Shown: piece after piece, positions 53,713 to 64,000 of the stretch
Numbering within the stretch: position 1 is the first letter of the stretch
How the letters are laid out: each line of letters starts with the position of its first letter
NCBI GenBank assembly: GCA_965205865.1
Contig: CBDBHR010000024.1
Coordinates: 128,001 to 192,000 of the forward strand
Length of the DNA: 64,000 nt
Direction: 5' to 3'
Origin: a bacterium
Lineage (GTDB): Bacteria; SAR324; NAC60-12
Notes under the pieces: model-generated
Told to the model about the DNA's origin: nothing
The model's database searches: none
What the model saw: only the letters and a program-made list of their open reading frames with translations
Made by a program: the position numbers and the translations under genes

Positions 53713-54684
53713 ATGAATCTCAATACTATTCTTGACAGTGTTGCAGAAGAACTATGCCACGTCGAAAAGGCGATTTTACACTATGTGCAAACCGATATTC
53801 CACTGCTTACCAACGTTGCTCAATATATTCTCAGTGCAGGAGGAAAACGGTTGCGCCCGGCCTTGGTTTTGCTCAGTGCAAAGTTATTCAACTATAATGG
53901 TCATCAAACCATTCAGGCGGCACAAGTTGTAGAATACCTTCACACAGCAACACTCCTGCATGACGATGTGGTAGACAGTGCCGATACACGTCGTTCTCAA
54001 AAGGCAGTTCGCAGCATTTGGGGCAATGAAGCCAGTGTTTTGGTGGGGGACTATTTGTTTTCCATGGTGTTTCGCATGCTCACAGAATTGCGAAACCTGG
54101 AAATTTTGGACGTCATGTCACATACTACTACTCTGATGGCCAAAGGAGAACTTCTCCAATTGACACGCTCTTACGATTCAATGAACGAAGAAGAATACTT
54201 AGAGATCATCTTCAACAAAACTGCCTGCTTATTTGCCTCAGCCTTGAAAATGGGAGCCTCTCTGGCTCAAGCGCCTAATCGAGCCAAGCAACAGCTCTAT
54301 GATTATGGAATGGCCATCGGTTTCGCATTTCAGATAATCGATGATACGCTGGATTATATAGAAGAACAGACAAAAACAGGCAAAGCAATAGGCATTGATT
54401 TGAAGGAACGTAAAATGACACTCCCACTCATTCACTTGCTAAAACTGGCCTCCTCCCCTGACAAAGCCCGGTTAACTAATATCCTTCACGGAGAAGTTAT
54501 CACCAATGCGCATGTCCAAGAAGTCATGCAAATGATGAAACATTATGGTTCCGCCGCATATTCCATTCAAGTTGCGCAAAACTATGCCAGCAAGGCCGAA
54601 TCTAGCCTAGATGTTTTGCCACCTTCTCCAATCAAACAGATGCTGACTGATATCGCCCATTTTATTATAGTACGTCATTCTTAA
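53713..54684 (+). CDS. ispB: Octaprenyl/polyprenyl diphosphate synthase
   Basis: GGKRLRP, LLHDDVVD, FQIIDD. Confidence 0.88.
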   Translation: MNLNTILDSVAEELCHVEKAILHYVQTDIPLLTNVAQYILSAGGKRLRPALVLLSAKLFNYNGHQTIQAAQVVEYLHTATLLHDDVVDSADTRRSQKAVRSIWGNEASVLVGDYLFSMVFRMLTELRNLEILDVMSHTTTLMAKGELLQLTRSYDSMNEEEYLEIIFNKTACLFASALKMGASLAQAPNRAKQQLYDYGMAIGFAFQIIDDTLDYIEEQTKTGKAIGIDLKERKMTLPLIHLLKLASSPDKARLTNILHGEVITNAHVQEVMQMMKHYGSAAYSIQVAQNYASKAESSLDVLPPSPIKQMLTDIAHFIIVRHS

Positions 54685-55001
54685 AGCAAGTTTTCCTGGC
54701 ACAATCGCCTTTCCTAACTTGCGAATCCAGCCCGTTTTGAATCACTTCGACTCATCAATCTCGGCAAAAACACAAAAACTTCCACGCTTAATTGGATTGA
54801 TGGGAAATGGGACGGTATTTGGTGGGATATGATGGTAATTTGGGATGAACGGCTTAGAGTGCTATGTCCTTGTCCGGATTAGCGATCAATTGAAATGAAT
54901 GTCACCATAGGTAGAGGGTCTCGGCCTTGGTCCGGGTTTCCGGTTCTCAACCGGACATGTTTCCCGAATGAGAGGCAAGAATCCTTCCGGACGTCATCGT
55001 G

Positions 55002-55361
55002 TTATGCAGCCAGCTTTGCTTTTACCTCTTCTACAATGGAATCAAAAGCGTCCGATTCTTCCATTGCCAAGTGAGCAAGAGCTTTTCGGTCCAGGTCGAT
55101 ATCGGCTAGTTGAAGGCCATGAATGAATTGACTGTAACTAAGACCATGAGCTCGAACGGCAGCATTGATTCGCACAATCCACAGTCTGCGAAAATCACGT
55201 TTTCTGACACGGCGGTCCCGATAACTATACTGTCGGGCGCGATCCACGGCATTTTTCACGGTACGCCATAAACGACTCCGCGCACCGCGAAAGCCTTTAG
55301 CTGCTTTAAAATAATTTTTTTTTCTTTTTCGAGCCTGTATAGCTCTTTTTATCCGGGCCAT
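55002..55361 (-). CDS. rplT: 50S ribosomal protein L20
   Basis: [18 protein letters not shown]. Confidence 0.97.
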   Translation of the reverse strand: MARIKRAIQARKRKKNYFKAAKGFRGARSRLWRTVKNAVDRARQYSYRDRRVRKRDFRRLWIVRINAAVRAHGLSYSQFIHGLQLADIDLDRKALAHLAMEESDAFDSIVEEVKAKLAA

Positions 55362-55378
55362 AGTTATTCCTTAGCTTT

Positions 55379-55582
55379 TTATCCGTTTGGCAACAATTTT
55401 CTCACCGTAGGAACCTCTGTTGCCGTGACATAGGTCTTGCTCCTTAACGTGCGCTTAACTTTTGGTGGCTTCTTGCGCATCCCGTGTCGTAAATACGCCC
55501 TTTTGCGTTTGATCTTACCACTGCTTTTTATCTTGAAACGCTTGGCTGCGCCACGATTTGTCTTCGTTTTTACTTTTACCAT
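55379..55582 (-). CDS. rpmI: 50S ribosomal protein L35
   Basis: KTNRGAAKRFK. Confidence 0.95.
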   Translation of the reverse strand: MVKVKTKTNRGAAKRFKIKSSGKIKRKRAYLRHGMRKKPPKVKRTLRSKTYVTATEVPTVRKLLPNG

Positions 55583-55588
55583 GATTTT

Positions 55589-56146
55589 TTACTTCTTTGT
55601 CTGCTTCAACTTGCTGGGTGCCAATATCAGAGAAATACTGCGACCTTCCTCTTTCAACGGCTGTTCCACCACGCCCTTTTCTCCAATGCATTCGCTAAAC
55701 TTTTCCAACAATGCAATGCCAATGTCCCGATGCGTCATTTCACGTCCCCGAAATATCACGATTACTTTGACCTTATTGCCTTCTTCTAAAAATCGCCAAG
55801 CATTGTTCAATTTAAAATCAAGATCATGTTTCTCCGTCTTGGGCCTCAACTTGATTTCTTTGAGATGAACGATTTTTTGATTCTTCTTTGCTTCGTGCTG
55901 TTTTTTGTTGCGCTGATACTTGTACTTGCCATAGTCCATCAAGCGGCAAACCGGAGGTGTGGCGTTTGGGGAAACCTCAATCAAATCCAACCCTTGCTTT
56001 TCCGCTATCTCCAAGGCTTCTTCTGTTATAAGGATCCCAATTTGCATACCTTCTGCACTGATGACCCGAACTTCGGGAGCAGCAATTTTTTCGTTGATAC
56101 GAGCTTTTTCCTCAACTGTAGATTGCCGTTTTCTCTGATTTGCTAT
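55589..56146 (-). CDS. infC: Translation initiation factor IF-3 (probable AUA start)
   Basis: INEKI, PPVCRLMDYGK, FRGRE; SD GAGGTG 6 nt before ATA. Confidence 0.95.
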   Translation of the reverse strand: MANQRKRQSTVEEKARINEKIAAPEVRVISAEGMQIGILITEEALEIAEKQGLDLIEVSPNATPPVCRLMDYGKYKYQRNKKQHEAKKNQKIVHLKEIKLRPKTEKHDLDFKLNNAWRFLEEGNKVKVIVIFRGREMTHRDIGIALLEKFSECIGEKGVVEQPLKEEGRSISLILAPSKLKQTKK

Positions 56147-56214
56147 TGTCCTCACCTCTTCAGGTTAAAATGCGCTTCGGGATCAATCCCCTTGAAAATT
56201 AATGACAAAAAGGA

Positions 56215-56289
<75 letters not shown>

Positions 56290-56446
56290 CTCATTTGAAA
56301 AAATATTCGGACTATGTCCGACTCTGTCACATTGATGTTCCTGGCAGTACTATAAGCAATGACTTCACTCCTATTTCAAGGGAGAAAAAATTCTCTTTTG
56401 CCACAAGCACCATAAAACAATTCACTCACCATCGCAAATGCGATGT

Positions 56447-56522
<76 letters not shown>

Positions 56523-56573
56523 AGGAATTCCTATTTTTTCAACATTGCAAATTTCGTTCTCAAAGGGTCAAAT

Positions 56574-56650
<77 letters not shown>

Positions 56651-57076
56651 TTTCCTCAAGTATCCGACTCATTTTTCTGAGCAAAGGAGCCATTCAAGAA
56701 AGAGGCGAAACAAACTGAAAACGCCGACCGTGTCTCTTGGAAGGACTCCAGAAGAAATCCTGCAACTCCCTACCTTCAGATCGCAAGTCTTATGCGGCTC
56801 CGCTGTAGCCAGACCTTAAAAACGAATAACATATCCGGACTCTTTTGATTTGTCAAGACGCTTTGCATTAAATTCTAGTCTTAGGGGGTAAAAAAGCACC
56901 GACAATTTGAGCAGACATATGATATCAAATGTGTCATTAAAAAAAATGGCGAAATAGAGGTGTTCCGTTTTTCCGGATTTTCCGGAAAACGCTTATGGTA
57001 GGTTTCAGATATAACTGGTTTTATTTTAGAAATCCACTGTAAATCTACCATAGAAAATTAGAGAATCAAAGTATGA

Positions 57077-57153
57077 TGGCGCGCCTGGGAGGATTCGAAC
57101 CTCCGCCCTTTAGATTCGAAGTCTACTGCTCTATCCAACTGAGCTACAGGCGC
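57077..57153 (-). tRNA. tRNA-Arg(TCG)
   Basis: GCGCCTGTAGCTCAGTTGGATAGAGC...CTTCGAA...GCGCCA. Confidence 0.93.
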
Positions 57154-57167
57154 CTGGCAAAGCAAGA

Positions 57168-57243
57168 TGGGCGAGCGAAGGGACTTGAACCCTCGGCCAC
57201 TGGAATCACAATCCAGCGCTCTACCAACTGAGCTACGCTCGCC
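57168..57243 (-). tRNA. tRNA-His(GTG)
   Basis: GGCGAGCGTAGCTCAG...TTGTGAT...GCCCA. Confidence 0.93.
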
Positions 57244-57466
57244 ATTGGAAGCGATGAATCATTTATCTTAGGGGTTTTTTCAATAATTTACAATACAAGT
57301 TTTAATTTGTTTCCCAGAGGAAAAACCTGACCCTGTACAAGCCTCCTTTTCTCGTTATAGTCACAATTATGGATTTTATACTAAACCTCGGATTGCTTGA
57401 AAAGCAGTTGGGGGAATTCAGCCGTTAGGTAAGAGAATGGAGGCTGGGACAGGATGGTTTATGGAA

Positions 57467-58708
57467 TCAAATGGAAGCCAATTGTAAATATGAGGACAAG
57501 CGTTTGGCACCACATTTCGTAGAAGCGCCATATTTGTTTTTGAAATAGGCATAAGACATCTCGGAGACCCTCCGATGGAGTTGACTTTGCCGTCTGGCCC
57601 AGGTTTGACCATTACCCCGGATGGAACGATAGTTGGGACGGTCGATAATACTGATAATCGAGTAAGGTCGGCGTCCTTCAGGAGTTTTGATTTCAATGAT
57701 GCCCACATTGGCATTCAACCCCCTCACAAATCCTGTCTTGTCCCAGATTTTAGCATCATGATCTCCGGCGAAGCAAGTGCCGTCTTTGAGTCGGTCTTTT
57801 ACTCCATGACGGCTGGAAAGTCCGAGGAGATACAGCATTTCATCGGATGCTTTTTCGTTCAATTTTGCGGAAAATTCAGCTCCCAGCACTTGGCGGTTCC
57901 ACAAACGAATAAATAGGCGATTCAAATCTTCAGCAGAAATTTTATTCAAATAGGTTTTGCCTCCCTTTGGTATGTACTCCACCAGTTTCAAGTGGCGGTA
58001 CAAGCCTGTATCCTCGAGAATTTTTTTTGCGCCCCAAGGACCTCCCAACAATTTCAAGATACGATTGGTACTTGGATTATCGCTAAACCGAATCATCCGT
58101 ATCAAATTCAATTGTTTTTTCTTGGAATGCTCGATGTTGCCGCGGAAGCGATGTATCATATAGGCTTGCAGGATGAGTACTTTGATCAGACTGGCGGCTT
58201 TCACCTGGGTGGTCGGGTTGATGGAGGCAACCATTTTGTCCGTGTGTAAGTCTTTGATGATCAAAGAAAAATTGTCTTCCACATACATCTGCCCATTGCG
58301 TTTTACATCAACGATGAATTGCTCGATGGCGGTTTCCAATGCGGAGGTGTCGAAGTCTTCTGCCCCATTCTCTCGCGACAGCTGAGATGGAATATGCCGG
58401 ATCTTGCGGATAAATTTTTTTACAACCCAACCCAAGGCTCCATCTCCGTCTTTTACCAGAGCCCACCCTCGTTTCGTGACATGACGAAGGCTGAGGAGAG
58501 TACCGCGGTTCAGAACTTTGATAACTTGGTGTTTTTTGCCGGGTCCCACCCGCATGTTCAAAAGATTTACCTCAACTATATGGCGTTGTTTTTCCAGTCC
58601 GGCCGTATTCTGGTTCGCCCATGTGTGATTCGTAAAAACGAGTAGTAAAGTGCAAAAAATTGTCAAGCGCTGTAAGAGCCTGAAACGATAATTTGAAAAA
58701 TTCATCAT
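57467..58708 (-). CDS. Secreted SH3b + class A beta-lactamase-like serine hydrolase
   Basis: LNMRVGPG...GWV (SH3b); SLIK, SDN, KTG motifs. Confidence 0.8.
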   Translation of the reverse strand: MMNFSNYRFRLLQRLTIFCTLLLVFTNHTWANQNTAGLEKQRHIVEVNLLNMRVGPGKKHQVIKVLNRGTLLSLRHVTKRGWALVKDGDGALGWVVKKFIRKIRHIPSQLSRENGAEDFDTSALETAIEQFIVDVKRNGQMYVEDNFSLIIKDLHTDKMVASINPTTQVKAASLIKVLILQAYMIHRFRGNIEHSKKKQLNLIRMIRFSDNPSTNRILKLLGGPWGAKKILEDTGLYRHLKLVEYIPKGGKTYLNKISAEDLNRLFIRLWNRQVLGAEFSAKLNEKASDEMLYLLGLSSRHGVKDRLKDGTCFAGDHDAKIWDKTGFVRGLNANVGIIEIKTPEGRRPYSIISIIDRPNYRSIRGNGQTWARRQSQLHRRVSEMSYAYFKNKYGASTKCGAKRLSSYLQLASI

Positions 58709-59025
58709 CTTGATCTCGTGATTGAAGAGAGGCTGTTAACAAATTCGAATTGAAATGCGCCAATGATACATTTGAAATTTTTTCAGTTAAAAAAATGAAG
58801 GAACTTGCTATTTTCAAGAGCAAGATATGTGCCGCACAAAAAATTTGTTTGTAGTAAATCATGATGTTATAGTTTCGGCAATAATTCTAATTTCAACGCA
58901 CTTCCTTGCAGAAAGTTCCCTGACGTATTCCAGCGTGTAAATAAAAATATTCGGGGTCGTTGCGCAACTATTGAATTTTTGTCAACAGTATAAAAAATGG
59001 ACCCTGCTTACAGGAGAAGGTCAAG

Positions 59026-60942
59026 TTGATTCAGTCCAATATCGCATGCGCGAAAAAATATGACGTGATGGTGGTCGGGGGCGGGCATGCCGGCTGTGAA
59101 GCTGCGTTGGCTGCGGCCCGAATGGGTGCGGAAACCCTCCTGTTAACCATGTCCGAAGAAACCATTGCGCAAATGTCCTGCAATCCCGCCATTGGAGGAT
59201 TGGCCAAAGGTCATTTAGTCAAAGAAATCGATGCCCTTGGTGGAGAAATGGGAAAAGCTGCTGATGCCAGCGGCATCCAGTTTCGTGTGCTCAACCGCTC
59301 CAAAGGACCGGCCACACGTGGAACGCGTTGCCAGTCAGAAATGGGGTTATATAAAAAATACATGCGTAGCCAACTAAAAAAACAGTCCCGTCTGACTATA
59401 CAAACCGGAACGGTGAAGGAATTGCTGTTCCAGGAACGCCAAGTCATGGGGGTTGTTTCCGGAGAAGGGGTTGAATATTATTCCCAAACCTTGATCCTGA
59501 CCACAGGGACATTCCTCAACGGACTGATTCACCGTGGTGAAGAAAGAATCGCAGCAGGACGCATAGGAGAAGCCCCTTCCACCGGAATCACTCCGTCGTT
59601 GGCAGGAAAAAAACTTCGCATGGGGCGACTGAAAACCGGGACGCCGGCTCGTTTGGACCGTAGGACTATCGAATGGCAGCAAACAGAAATCCAATGGGGC
59701 GACCATCCCATGAGCAAGTTTTCCTTCTGGGACTCCGAGATTCTTTTGCCTCAGTTACCGTGTCATATTACGTATACCAATGAAAAAACACATCAAGTCA
59801 TCCGGAACAATCTCGAACGCTCTGCAATGTATAGTGGCGCCATTCAAGGCGTAGGTCCCCGATACTGCCCTTCTATCGAAGACAAAGTCGTCAAATTTGC
59901 TGATAAACTCCGTCATCAGATCTTTCTGGAGCCAATGGGCCTTCGCGATTTGAAAATCTATCCCAATGGTCTCTCAACGAGCATGCCTGCCGAAGTGCAG
60001 GAGGCATTTTTAAAAACCATCCCAGGACTACAAGAGGTTGAAATCATCCAACCCGGTTATGCAATCGAATACGATTTCATCCTTCCCCATCAGCTATACC
60101 CAAGCTTGGAACTGAAAGACACCAGCAACCTTTTTCTGGCAGGGCAGATAAACGGCACTTCCGGTTATGAAGAAGCAGCAGCTCAAGGGATTATGGCGGG
60201 GATCAATGCCGTTTTAAAAGTGAGAAAAGCAGCCCCTTTTGTCCTGAAACGCAACGATGCCTACATTGGGGTTTTGATTGATGATTTGATTTCCAAAGGA
60301 ACCAATGAACCTTATCGGATGTTCACTTCGCGTTCAGAGTATCGACTTTTACTACGCGAAGACAATGCCGATCAACGCCTCAGTGAGAAGGGTTTTCGCC
60401 TTGGATTGCTTGCCAAAGAGTGTTTTCTTCAAGTGGAAGCAAAAAAGAAAAAAATCTTTCAGCTTTCGGCAACTCTGCAAGCTTGCCGCATTACACCCAC
60501 AGAAGTAGTCAATGGAGAACTGGAGGCTTGCAATGAGGCTAAGTTGAAAAAAGAAACAAATGCCCTCACTCTCCTGAAACGTCCACGGTTGACTATCGAG
60601 AAGCTCCGGCATTTTCGGTTTTTAGAGGAATCCATCCCTTGGTGCCAATATCCCAGTGCGGTCTGGAAACAAGTCGAAATTCAAACCAAATACGAAGGAT
60701 ATATTTTACGGCAGCAACAGGAGTTAAAATCGTTTGATCAATTGGAAAGCATCCTATTGCCTGAGATCCTGCATTACGAAGGCATTCCTGGCTTGTCTTT
60801 GGAGGTCATTCAAAAATTGCAGGATTATCGTCCTATCAATTTAGGCCAAGCAAGCCGAATCAGTGGAATGACACCTGCTGCTATCAGTGTTTTGCATATT
60901 TATTTGAAAAACATGAGAACTCCACTCATCAAAGCTTTTTGA
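59026..60942 (+). CDS. mnmG: tRNA uridine-5-carboxymethylaminomethyl modification enzyme
   Basis: GGGHAGCEAA, SCNPAIGG, GPRYCPSIEDK, GQINGT. Confidence 0.97.
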   Translation: MIQSNIACAKKYDVMVVGGGHAGCEAALAAARMGAETLLLTMSEETIAQMSCNPAIGGLAKGHLVKEIDALGGEMGKAADASGIQFRVLNRSKGPATRGTRCQSEMGLYKKYMRSQLKKQSRLTIQTGTVKELLFQERQVMGVVSGEGVEYYSQTLILTTGTFLNGLIHRGEERIAAGRIGEAPSTGITPSLAGKKLRMGRLKTGTPARLDRRTIEWQQTEIQWGDHPMSKFSFWDSEILLPQLPCHITYTNEKTHQVIRNNLERSAMYSGAIQGVGPRYCPSIEDKVVKFADKLRHQIFLEPMGLRDLKIYPNGLSTSMPAEVQEAFLKTIPGLQEVEIIQPGYAIEYDFILPHQLYPSLELKDTSNLFLAGQINGTSGYEEAAAQGIMAGINAVLKVRKAAPFVLKRNDAYIGVLIDDLISKGTNEPYRMFTSRSEYRLLLREDNADQRLSEKGFRLGLLAKECFLQVEAKKKKIFQLSATLQACRITPTEVVNGELEACNEAKLKKETNALTLLKRPRLTIEKLRHFRFLEESIPWCQYPSAVWKQVEIQTKYEGYILRQQQELKSFDQLESILLPEILHYEGIPGLSLEVIQKLQDYRPINLGQASRISGMTPAAISVLHIYLKNMRTPLIKAF

Positions 60943-61013
60943 ACGGAAATTTCCGTTTTATTCAACTGAAACAGTTAGAAAATGGCACACAAAATCCTTG
61001 CCAGCTGAATCGC

Positions 61014-61832
61014 ATGCCTGAATTGCCCGAAGTGGAAACCATTGTACGGGGATTGCAAAAGACGGTGGTTTCCCATACCATCACCACCGTCACAGTGTTT
61101 CGCAAAGATGCCATCAACCCGGAAAACCCTACGACATTCGCACAGCGTCTCTCAGGCCTCACCATTAAATCGGTCACCCGCCGTGCCAAGTACTTGATTT
61201 TTGAACTGGATCCTCCCTTGTGGTTGATGGCTCACTTGAGGATGACGGGAAAATTTATCGTCACCCCTCCTCTACCTGTTCCGGCCAAGCATCACCGTCT
61301 TTGGTTCCATTTGGATCCGGAACTGCTGCTTGTCTTTGCCGACGTGCGCTGTTTTGGTACTTTGAAATTGTTCGATTCCTTGGAAAATGCGATGGTATTG
61401 CATCAACTTGGTATTGAGCCTCTTTCTTCCGATTTGACAACTACGTATTTGAAAAAATGTTTCACTAAAAGTACGAGTCCCATCAAAAACTTGCTACTCA
61501 ATCAAAATAAAGTAGTAGGAATTGGAAATATATATGCTGCCGAAATTTTATTCGACTCTGGCATTTCTCCCTGTCGTCCGGGAAGTGCACTGCGGAAGGG
61601 GGAATTGAGAAAATTAGTGCGTTCGATTCAAAAAATAATTCAGGCTTCCATTGAGCAAAGTGGCACTTCCATTTCTGACTTTCGCCGCGTTGATGAGCAA
61701 ACCGGAGTCTTCCAGAATTTTCTGAAAGTCTATGGAAAAGCAGAACAGCCTTGTCCTCGATGCTCCACACCTATTCTGCGCATTGTCCAGCAGCAGCGCA
61801 GCAGTTTTTATTGTCCTTCTTGTCAGCAATGA
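61014..61832 (+). CDS. mutM: Formamidopyrimidine-DNA glycosylase
   Basis: MPELPEVE, HLRMTG, GIGNIY, C-terminal zinc finger. Confidence 0.96.
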   Translation: MPELPEVETIVRGLQKTVVSHTITTVTVFRKDAINPENPTTFAQRLSGLTIKSVTRRAKYLIFELDPPLWLMAHLRMTGKFIVTPPLPVPAKHHRLWFHLDPELLLVFADVRCFGTLKLFDSLENAMVLHQLGIEPLSSDLTTTYLKKCFTKSTSPIKNLLLNQNKVVGIGNIYAAEILFDSGISPCRPGSALRKGELRKLVRSIQKIIQASIEQSGTSISDFRRVDEQTGVFQNFLKVYGKAEQPCPRCSTPILRIVQQQRSSFYCPSCQQ

Positions 61833-61835
61833 AAC

Positions 61836-62777
61836 ATGAAAGATTATTGGCAGTTGCGAGCAATAATTTGCATAGTGATTGGAGTCTTCTTTGCTCCGGC
61901 GGAGTGCTTCAACCTGCAAGGGGCTTCTTATTATTCCATCCTGGTAGGAGCACAGGGAACCGGCTCTTATCAATTTGCCAGGGAGTTTTCGCGATTGTGG
62001 GATGTTCCTGAATTTGAAATGCCTGGCTCCCTTGTTCCGATTGTGGAAAAAAAACCGGAAAATCGCGTGCGTCGTCTGCGATCACGTCAGGGAGATTTTG
62101 CCATCCTTCCCCCACAAGAGGCCCATCGTTTGCTTGCTGGCAATTCTGAGATTGTGGTGATTACGGCGCTATGGCCCAACGCGCTTCACGTGATTACGCA
62201 TCAGACAAAAATAACGGCGTTGCGGGTTGAAACTCCAGACTCGATTTATGCGCACCACAACTCCGCGTACTTTGTTGTCTCTAGGAACAAACTGCTCTCT
62301 CTGCGCAAATACAACCCCTCTCAATTCCAGTGGTTTGCAAAGGAAAACATCCTTGAGACTCTTTCCATCCCGGATAATGGAGCACTTTTTGTGACGGCCC
62401 CTTACCCGCTGCAAGAAATCCACCAGTTACTGCTTAATCCTGCTTATAAACTGATTCCTCCGGAGGATAGGCTGATAACCGTTAACCGTGAGAATTACCC
62501 TTGGCTGGTTAGTCGCCCGCTGCCAGCGAATATTTATCCTAACTCTCCCCAGCCTGTGCCGACCCTGACAAGTTACCCGGTCTTGGTTGCAAGGTCTGAC
62601 ACACCGAATACACTCATTTTACAAATCCTGAAAATCCTTTTTCCCTCCGCCTCGGCAAACCACCAAGTTTCCATCCTTCCCCACGGCCTCTTTCGCTTCC
62701 TGGAGCCGCAAATTAATCATCTTTTCAAGAAGAATTATCATTTCCATTCGGAATCAAAAAAACGATTCAAGCTCTAG
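61836..62777 (+). CDS. TAXI-family TRAP solute receptor-like protein
   Basis: GAQGTGSY, LWPNALHVI, LPANIYP. Confidence 0.6.
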   Translation: MKDYWQLRAIICIVIGVFFAPAECFNLQGASYYSILVGAQGTGSYQFAREFSRLWDVPEFEMPGSLVPIVEKKPENRVRRLRSRQGDFAILPPQEAHRLLAGNSEIVVITALWPNALHVITHQTKITALRVETPDSIYAHHNSAYFVVSRNKLLSLRKYNPSQFQWFAKENILETLSIPDNGALFVTAPYPLQEIHQLLLNPAYKLIPPEDRLITVNRENYPWLVSRPLPANIYPNSPQPVPTLTSYPVLVARSDTPNTLILQILKILFPSASANHQVSILPHGLFRFLEPQINHLFKKNYHFHSESKKRFKL

Positions 62778-62948
62778 TTCACTAAAACCAATCCCTGGGT
62801 CTCACTACCTCCTTACCTGAGGACAGGCAAAGCCTCATTGATCGGATTTTCAGTGTTTACATCTCCCAATAAAGTAGTTTGAGTTTTAAAACGGAACAAT
62901 TTACTCTGAAGTTTCAAGCCCATAAAGTAACCTGTGATTTTCTATTTT

Positions 62949-63029
62949 TGTCATTCTTGGCTTGACCAGGAAACCAGGGGTATGCCACGATATGTGGTCC
63001 CTGGATCCTGGATCGGATCCGTGGTGACA
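62949..63029. repeat. REP-like hairpin (TGTCATTCTTGG...GGTGACA)
   Basis: TGTCA/TGACA termini with internal CCAGGGG/CCCTGG arms. Confidence 0.5.
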
Positions 63030-63127
63030 AATCATTGAGATCATCGAATATTCAAAAAATAACAGAAAGATTCACACCCAACCATATATGATCTTCATTT
63101 TTTGAATTTAAATACTCCAAATCTTTT

Positions 63128-64000
63128 ATGATTGAGACTTACAAACAATTCGCTAAGGAATTGATCGCCATCGCTCAAAAAAAGGGTGCGGAACAAGTCA
63201 CCGTTTCAATTGGAGATACCACTTCATTTCAAGTCGAAGTGCGGAATCACCAAATCGATCTTCTCAAAGAGGCAAGTTCGGCCGGGGTGCATTTGACTCT
63301 TTGTCGAAACAAATGCCGTTCATCGGTGACGTCCAATGATCTCCGTATCGAAACACTGGTTCCTTTGGTCCAATCCACTATGGAAGTCCTGCCTTATATC
63401 AATTCTGATGAATTTTACACACTCCCGGATCCTTTCTTGCAGGGGAGAGCCCCTGGTGATCTAGTCTTTCTGGATCCCTGTTTTGAGCACTATTCTTCTT
63501 CCGAAAAAATTCAAAATACATTTCTCCAAGAAGAAAAAACCCTGGCTACCGATTCTCGTCTACGTACTGAACAATCTTATTATTCCGACTTGGTCTCACA
63601 AGCCGTTTATGCCGATTCCAATGGTTTCATGGACAGTTACAAAAAATCGTTGTTTATTCGAGGGATGTCCGCTTTTGTTGAAGATCAAGACATTACCGGA
63701 CAAAACTCCGCACGTAAACAAACCGATGGCTGGCATGGTTGCTCTTGTTTTTATGGGCAATTGGAATCAATGGAAACCATTGCTGACAAAACCTGTGAAC
63801 GTGTCATTCGAAAAATAGGAGCGATTAAACCCGAAAGCCAGGAAGTGCCTGTTGTTTTTAGTCCGGAAATGGCAAGCAGTTTTTTAGGATCTCTCACCTC
63901 TGCTATGATGGGGGACAATATCTTCCGGAAACAATCGTTTCTGGTGGATCGCCTTGAAACCTCCATCGCCAATCCCTGCATCCAATTACGGGACGACCCA
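63128..64000 (+). CDS. pmbA: TldE/PmbA family protein (partial, runs off the window)
   Basis: Open frame MIETYKQFAKEL...GAEQV...YADSNGF...VPVVFSPEMA...IQLRDDP. Confidence 0.8.
   Translation, partial: MIETYKQFAKELIAIAQKKGAEQVTVSIGDTTSFQVEVRNHQIDLLKEASSAGVHLTLCRNKCRSSVTSNDLRIETLVPLVQSTMEVLPYINSDEFYTLPDPFLQGRAPGDLVFLDPCFEHYSSSEKIQNTFLQEEKTLATDSRLRTEQSYYSDLVSQAVYADSNGFMDSYKKSLFIRGMSAFVEDQDITGQNSARKQTDGWHGCSCFYGQLESMETIADKTCERVIRKIGAIKPESQEVPVVFSPEMASSFLGSLTSAMMGDNIFRKQSFLVDRLETSIANPCIQLRDDP

Noticed and set aside
63483-63981. Short ORFs suggesting a frameshifted gene at the window end
   Set aside because: The pmbA frame from 63128 is open to the window edge; these are alternative-frame artefacts

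Overview
Bacterial genomic window, roughly 40-45% GC with higher-GC patches. The gene style suggests a deltaproteobacteria/SAR324-like organism, but this is a weak inference. About 1-53.4 kb is a heavily rearranged accessory region. It opens with a five-layer nest of mobile elements: two related large DDE-transposase IS elements with shared TA(A/T)TACATGACTTTCGG ends, an IS630-like end and two group II intron remnants. Next come a REP-like palindrome carrying two MITEs and decaying acyl-CoA metabolism genes, one split by IS630. An integrase-less integron cassette array (attI-like site plus 3 attC sites with non-canonical cores) carries TA pairs and a solo nucleotidyltransferase and is cut by a truncated group II intron. 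A long minus-strand run (peptide-type ABC importer, amidase, acyl-CoA ligase, single-chain acyl-CoA carboxylase) is preceded by a sigma54-type promoter and palindromic enhancer-like sites. Beside it lies a 2115-aa protein with IS1595 zinc-ribbon, pseudokinase, AAA, GAF, PAS and sigma54-activator domains. A defence island follows (radC pseudogene, type III R-M, a disrupted nuclease/TPR-like gene), along with several TA systems and IS remnants. About 53.7-64 kb is intact core genome: polyprenyl synthase, infC-rpmI-rplT, 5 tRNAs, an SH3/serine hydrolase, mnmG, mutM, a TAXI receptor and pmbA. All calls come from reading the sequence and recalling motifs; no searches were run.
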